Virus record (IMG/VR): IMGVR_UViG_3300006919_000046
DNA length: 64,000 bases
Strand: one strand, 5' to 3'
Source of the DNA: an uncultured virus (IMG/VR IMGVR_UViG_3300006919_000046)
Lineage: Duplodnaviria > Heunggongvirae > Uroviricota > Caudoviricetes
Position numbers and translations under genes: made by a program. The notes under the pieces were generated by a model. The model did not search any database. It was not told the DNA's origin and saw nothing but the letters and a program-made list of their open reading frames with translations. Shown in pieces: positions 58,488 through 64,000 of this stretch; the first letter of the stretch is position 1, and each line of letters starts with the position of its first letter.

Positions 58488-61400
58488 ATGCCACAAGAAA
58501 CTAACCTCAACGTATCCCCTTATTTTGACGACTTTGATAAAGAAAAGGATTACTATAAGGTATTATTTAAACCAGGATACCCAATTCAAGCTAGAGAATT
58601 AAATAATTTGCAATCAATTTTGCAAAATCAAATTGAACAGTTTGGAACAAATATATTTAAGGAGGGTTCTAAGGTAGTTCCAGGACAACTTACCTATCTT
58701 AGTAATTTTTATGCTGTAGAAATTGAATCAGATTTTTCTGGAATACCAGTTTCTTTGTATTTAAATAACTTAGTGGGAAAAATAATTTCAGGAAGAACTT
58801 CTGGAATAAAAGCCAAGGTAGAAAAGGTATTGAAAGCGGAAGAATCTGATAGAGGAAGAATAACATTATATGTAAGTTACTTAGAATCTTCATCGGAAAA
58901 TTTAGAAGGTAGAGAATTTTTAGATAATGAAGTTTTATTGGCAGAAACTCCTATATCATTTGGAAATAGTTTTATTTCGTCAAATGAAGGATTTGCAAAC
59001 ACAATTTTGAACAATTCCACCTCAACAGGTTCTGCATTTTGCTTATCTAATGGAATTTATTTTTTAAGAGGAAATTTTGTACAGGTAAAGGATGAAATTT
59101 TAATTCTAGATCAATATGATAATAAACCAAGTTATAGAGTTGGTTTATTTGTCGATGAGCAATTGGTTAATTCGGACGATGATTCCTCTTTAAATGATAA
59201 CTCTCAAGGATTTAGCAATTTTTCTGCTCCCGGTGCAGACAGATTAAAAATAGAAACAAAATTATTTAAAAAGTCTCTTGACGATTTTGATGATACGAAT
59301 TTTGTTCAGTTAGCTACTGTACAAAATGGGGTTTTAAGAGAAGTAAATACTGGAACCGATTATAATATTTTAGCTGACGAACTGGCAAGAAGAACTTTTG
59401 ATGAATCGGGACATTATTATGTCAAAGCATTTAATACATTTTGTAAAGACAGTTTGGATGATGGAAATGGAAATGGTGGAATATTTGAAGATGGTCAAAT
59501 AACTTACGGTGGTTCGGTTCCAAGTGAATCCTTAGCAACTTATAAAATAAGTGCAGGAAAGGCATATGTAAAAGGATATGAAGTTTCATTAGAAGGTCCC
59601 ACATTTTTGGATGCACAAAAACCGAGAACAACAAAAACTTTAAAGGAACAATCAGTAAATTTTGGATATTCTCCAACGTTTTTTGTCAACAATCTTACGG
59701 GAACTCCTCTTATCGAATTTAATACCTCCAGCGTATTAAGTTTAAGAGACCAAAAAGTTGGAATAGATTCTGGTTCTGAATCTGGAATTGAAATTGGATC
59801 TGCCAGAGTTTATGATTTTTATCTAGATGAAGGAGGATACACTGGAAACCTGAAGAATAACAAATGGGGATTATCATTATTTGATGTTCAAATTTTTTCG
59901 ACATTAAATCTTACTGAACCAGTAACTTTAACAACACCAATATACATTAAAGGTAAGTCTACTGGTGCTACTGCTTTTTTAAAAAGTTCAGTATCTTCTG
60001 CTAGTACAATTACAATATATCAAATAAACGGAAATTTTTCAGAGAAAGAAGTAATTGAATTTTCAAATGCTGATCAGGATAATAATGTAAGATTTATTGA
60101 AACAATTAGAAACTATGAGACCTCAGACGTAAAATCAGTATTTTCAACTGCGGCCGCAGGTGCCGGAGTAACATTTTCTGCTGATGTTGTACAAAATGCA
60201 AACTTAAGATTTGGTCAAGCACAAATAACAGAAGGTTTATCAGGAATATCGACAGTTACCGTTGAGGGTTTCGATATTACTAAACAATTGAATGTTGGTA
60301 ATATTATTAGATGCACTCAACCAGGAATTAGCACATTCTCATTCTCTAGAGTAACTTCAATTAATGAAGATGAAAATAGGTTTACGATCGAGTCTGTAGA
60401 AGATGTTGGAAATGTCGTATATGGAAAATTGCCTACAACCACTATTAACGTAAATAATTTGGTTAGATGTGGTTCTAATATATCTCCAATAGCAGAAAGT
60501 GGGAATAGTGCTTCAAATAGAACACTCTACAGCACACTGGCAAAGAAAAATGTAGAATCTGTTAATTTAGATAACTCTCAATTAACATTGAGAAAACAGT
60601 TTACTGGAATAACAATTACAGATGGGTCTACTAATAATATAGATGCCGGAGATAATGAAATATTCTTACCATTTGATGAAGAAAGATATACATTAACAAG
60701 AAGTGATGGTTCACTTGAAAGATTGAGTTCGGATAAAATAGAGTTTGTATCTGGAAGTGGAAACAAAAGGATAAGATTAAACAATCTCGGTTCAAATGAT
60801 ACTAATTGCATTTTAACGGCATCATTAAGAAAAAGTAAGATAAAGTCTAAAGTAAAGAAAAAGAAAATAGTAGAAAGTATCATTATCAACAAATCATCAA
60901 ATCCTGCATCAGGCACTGGTGAAGAAAGTTTGAATGATGGATTAACTTTTGGAAACTATCCGTTTGGTACTAGAGTTGATGATGATGAGATTTGTTTAAA
61001 TTATCCCGATGTAAGAACTTTGTATGGAATATTTGAATCAGAATCAACTTCAGACCCAGAAGTTCCATCATTAGTCTTAAATTCTCTTAATGGACAAACA
61101 TCAACGACCAATGATTTAATTATTGGAGAAGTTATAACTGGAAAGACTAGTGGCACAAAAGCTCTTTATGTGGAAAGAAAAAATGATACTGAAGTAGGTT
61201 TCATATACCAAAAAGACACAGAATTTATTGAAGGTGAATTAGTTTCATTTTCAAAATCAAATGTGATTGGTTCAATCTCATCAATCAAGGTTGGTAGTAA
61301 GAATATAATAGATAATTATAAACTTAATTCTGGACAAAAACTCACTTATTATGATTACTCAAGAATTATTAGAAATGAAGATGCACCGAAACCAACAAGA

Positions 61401-64000
61401 AAACTTAAAGTTTTATTTTCTAGATTTTATTATGATTTATCAGATGTTGCAGATGTAACTACTGCCAATTCCTACAATACTTTCAACTATAAAGATGATA
61501 TTGAAACTATTGAGGGAAATAGATTAACCGATATTATTGATTATAGACCAAGAGTTTCTAATTATAATGTAACTTTGAATGGAAAATCTCCATTTGAGTT
61601 TGAAGGTAGAAATTTTAACAATTCTAGGCACAGTTCGAGTAGTGTAATTTCTCCAGAAGAACCTCTTATCTTAGATTATTCATATTATCTACCAAGAATT
61701 GATAGAATTTATTTGACAAAAGATAAATCTTTTGTTGTTAAGTTTGGAAATCCTGCAGACAACCCAGTTCTTCCCCAAGAAGTTGCTGGGGCAATGAATA
61801 TTGCAAATATATATCTCCCTGCATACTTATACAATACTTCAGATGCTCGGATTGAATTTATATCTCATAAGAGATATCAAATGAAAGATATTTTTGGATT
61901 AGAAAAAAGAATTAAGAACTTAGAATATTATACATCACTTTCTTTGCTAGAAACTGCAACACAAAATCTATTCATTGATGATGGAACAGGAACTGGTTTA
62001 AATAGGTTTAAGTCAGGTTTTTACGTTGACAATTTTTCAACATTATTGGGACAAGATCTTTCAAATGGAGTTAAAAATTCTATTGATACCAGAAAAGGAG
62101 AATTGAGACCATCACATTATACAACAAATATAAACTTAGAAATTGCAAATAACACAATCCCTGGAGTAGGATCTACAACTCAAGAAAATGGTGATAAGAG
62201 GTTTTCCAATATTGTTGGGTCTTCTTTAAAAAGAGTTGGAGATACTCTTCTTTTGGATTACGACAGTGTTTCTTGGTTAAAGCAACCATTTGCAACAAGA
62301 ACTGAAAATGTAACACCATTCTTTGTCAAATTGTGGGAAGGTTCTATCCAAATAAACCCATCAGTTGATGTTTGGGTTGATACCAAAAGAATAGAAGCTA
62401 AAAATATAGATTTTGAAGGTTCTTTCTTAGGGGTTGCAGAAGCACTGAGGGCAGAAATAACAACAACAGAAGATGGAGAAAGACTTGGAGTAAGTCCCGT
62501 TATATGGAATTCTTGGGAAACTACTGGTGTTGAATTTGATAGAAGGTTTGAAACTAGTTCTTCAACATCAACAGGTTCAAGTAATGGTGGTTGGAGACCA
62601 GCAACTCTTGCAGAATTCAATGAATTGAGAGGTACAAACAGAACAGGAACCGTTCCACGAAACTTTAGAGTTGCGGAAGTTACAAGTTGGAGTTCAACTA
62701 CAACTACTACAAATACGTTTTCTGATACTAATTTAGATCAAAGAAGATCTGGAGTTCAGTATATAGTAAATGAAAGTATTGATACCGAATCTCTTGGCGA
62801 TAGAATTGTAAAAAGAGATGTTGTTAATTATTTGAGATCAAGGAATCTTGAATTTACTGCAAGAAGACTAAAACCATACACGAGAGTATATCCATTTTTT
62901 GAAGGTTCCGCAATTTCTAAATTCTGCTTTAGCAAACTAGTCGAAATTCAAATGACTAGAGGTACTTTTATACCTGGAGAAACTGTCACTATTATTCCCC
63001 CAACTACAGTACTTAATAGAAAATCGATTAAAAAAGGCAATTTTAGAGTTAGAGTTGCAAATTCAAATCACAAATATGGTCCATATGATAACCCTACGGA
63101 CACTTTTGATAGGAATCCTTATAATAGAAATGAAACGATTCCAGAAAACTATTCTTCAACTAGTACAATATTGAATATTGATACAGAGTCTCTTGCAGAT
63201 AATTCAACGCCAAAATTTTATGGAAATATCGTTAGTGGATCTTTAATTTTTGGAGGAACTTCTAGAGCATTTGCAAGAGTTACTAATGTTCGTTTGGTTA
63301 CTGATAGAGTTGGAACTTTAATCGCTTCTTTCTTTATTCCTAACGATGTAGAGGATCAAAAATTTGAGACAGGAAGAAGTAGATTGAGGTTAACGAGCAG
63401 TTCAACAAATTCAAGAATTCCCGGAGTAATAACAACTGTTGCGGAGGAAACATTCTATTCCGAAGGACAAGTTGATACATATCAAGAAACAACACTATCA
63501 CTAAGAAATGCAAGAGTTGATGTAAATGATACTCTTGAGCAGGAAAGATCTACTACTGTTAGTTCAGAATTAATAGATTCTAGAACAAGCACTTCTTCAT
63601 CATCTAGTACTAGATTGACTGGAAGATATATAGATCCTCTTGCACAGTCCTTTATCGTTGATGATGAAACTGGAGTATACTTATCAAAACTCGATTTGTA
63701 TTTTAGGACAAAGGACGATTCATTACCAGTAACAGTTCAGATTAGAGAAGTTAATTTGGGAATTCCCTCACAAAAAATATTAGCTTTCTCAGAAGTTGAG
63801 TTGTCTCCCAATAAAATTAATTTATCGGAAGATGCTTCAGTTGCAACAACATTTGAATTTGAATCTCCAGTTTACCTGGAAGGTCAAAGAGAATATGCTA
63901 TAGTCGTGCTTTCAAATTCTAACGAATATAATGTTTGGATTTCAAGATTGGGAGAACCAGATGTTTCTACTTTAAATTCGGAAAGAAATCAAATTCTTGT
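58488..64000 (+). CDS. VrlC-like (DUF4815) large structural protein, 3' truncated by the window end
   Basis: Starts MPQETNLNVSPYFDDFD...VLFKPG.PIQAREL..LQSILQNQIE. Later APGADRLK and DPLAQSF motifs, and the same frame at the window end. Absent from the track, consistent with no stop inside the window. Confidence 0.88.
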   Translation, partial: MPQETNLNVSPYFDDFDKEKDYYKVLFKPGYPIQARELNNLQSILQNQIEQFGTNIFKEGSKVVPGQLTYLSNFYAVEIESDFSGIPVSLYLNNLVGKIISGRTSGIKAKVEKVLKAEESDRGRITLYVSYLESSSENLEGREFLDNEVLLAETPISFGNSFISSNEGFANTILNNSTSTGSAFCLSNGIYFLRGNFVQVKDEILILDQYDNKPSYRVGLFVDEQLVNSDDDSSLNDNSQGFSNFSAPGADRLKIETKLFKKSLDDFDDTNFVQLATVQNGVLREVNTGTDYNILADELARRTFDESGHYYVKAFNTFCKDSLDDGNGNGGIFEDGQITYGGSVPSESLATYKISAGKAYVKGYEVSLEGPTFLDAQKPRTTKTLKEQSVNFGYSPTFFVNNLTGTPLIEFNTSSVLSLRDQKVGIDSGSESGIEIGSARVYDFYLDEGGYTGNLKNNKWGLSLFDVQIFSTLNLTEPVTLTTPIYIKGKSTGATAFLKSSVSSASTITIYQINGNFSEKEVIEFSNADQDNNVRFIETIRNYETSDVKSVFSTAAAGAGVTFSADVVQNANLRFGQAQITEGLSGISTVTVEGFDITKQLNVGNIIRCTQPGISTFSFSRVTSINEDENRFTIESVEDVGNVVYGKLPTTTINVNNLVRCGSNISPIAESGNSASNRTLYSTLAKKNVESVNLDNSQLTLRKQFTGITITDGSTNNIDAGDNEIFLPFDEERYTLTRSDGSLERLSSDKIEFVSGSGNKRIRLNNLGSNDTNCILTASLRKSKIKSKVKKKKIVESIIINKSSNPASGTGEESLNDGLTFGNYPFGTRVDDDEICLNYPDVRTLYGIFESESTSDPEVPSLVLNSLNGQTSTTNDLIIGEVITGKTSGTKALYVERKNDTEVGFIYQKDTEFIEGELVSFSKSNVIGSISSIKVGSKNIIDNYKLNSGQKLTYYDYSRIIRNEDAPKPTRKLKVLFSRFYYDLSDVADVTTANSYNTFNYKDDIETIEGNRLTDIIDYRPRVSNYNVTLNGKSPFEFEGRNFNNSRHSSSSVISPEEPLILDYSYYLPRIDRIYLTKDKSFVVKFGNPADNPVLPQEVAGAMNIANIYLPAYLYNTSDARIEFISHKRYQMKDIFGLEKRIKNLEYYTSLSLLETATQNLFIDDGTGTGLNRFKSGFYVDNFSTLLGQDLSNGVKNSIDTRKGELRPSHYTTNINLEIANNTIPGVGSTTQENGDKRFSNIVGSSLKRVGDTLLLDYDSVSWLKQPFATRTENVTPFFVKLWEGSIQINPSVDVWVDTKRIEAKNIDFEGSFLGVAEALRAEITTTEDGERLGVSPVIWNSWETTGVEFDRRFETSSSTSTGSSNGGWRPATLAEFNELRGTNRTGTVPRNFRVAEVTSWSSTTTTTNTFSDTNLDQRRSGVQYIVNESIDTESLGDRIVKRDVVNYLRSRNLEFTARRLKPYTRVYPFFEGSAISKFCFSKLVEIQMTRGTFIPGETVTIIPPTTVLNRKSIKKGNFRVRVANSNHKYGPYDNPTDTFDRNPYNRNETIPENYSSTSTILNIDTESLADNSTPKFYGNIVSGSLIFGGTSRAFARVTNVRLVTDRVGTLIASFFIPNDVEDQKFETGRSRLRLTSSSTNSRIPGVITTVAEETFYSEGQVDTYQETTLSLRNARVDVNDTLEQERSTTVSSELIDSRTSTSSSSSTRLTGRYIDPLAQSFIVDDETGVYLSKLDLYFRTKDDSLPVTVQIREVNLGIPSQKILAFSEVELSPNKINLSEDASVATTFEFESPVYLEGQREYAIVVLSNSNEYNVWISRLGEPDVSTLNSERNQIL

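Noticed and set aside
17219..62620. Minus-strand ORFs in the track (e.g. 17219..17896, 25575..26171, 27359..28198, 33416..33874, 60578..60916)
   Set aside because: They are antisense shadows of well-supported + strand genes and carry no recognisable motifs.
1..64000. tRNA or rRNA genes, introns, inteins, transposases
   Set aside because: None recognised by eye; a tRNAscan-SE/Infernal run would be needed to exclude them.

Overview
A 64-kb segment of a T4-like cyanomyophage (Kyanoviridae-like) genome. All credible genes are on the + strand. (1) 1-16.1 kb, late accessory module: the end of a tail-fibre-like gene, a cluster of modification enzymes (2OG-Fe(II) oxygenases, sulfotransferase, glycosyltransferases, FkbM methyltransferase), and three tandem ~950-aa paralogs, each built of 18 Kelch-like repeats (3 x 6 blades) with a near-constant scaffold and two hypervariable loops. 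(2) 16.2-39.8 kb, early/host-takeover region: many small genes punctuated by 18 copies of a ~33-bp element (ACTGAGCC[A/C]CTTAAAGTGT...AGTAGTGTAAG) sitting at gene boundaries. It includes CP12, a CurT/CAAD-like membrane protein, an SF2 helicase, an HNH endonuclease, a MutH/Sau3AI-like nuclease, a Dam methylase, a ligase-fold protein, a probable internal head protein, an embedded late structural island, and a non-coding stretch with DnaA-box-like sites and direct repeats. (3) 40-64 kb, conserved core: glycosyltransferase, gp25, gp6, gp7, a large structural protein, gp8 and a VrlC-like gene running off the window end. No rRNA, tRNA or CRISPR array was seen. Family calls come from motif recognition by eye, not from database searches.
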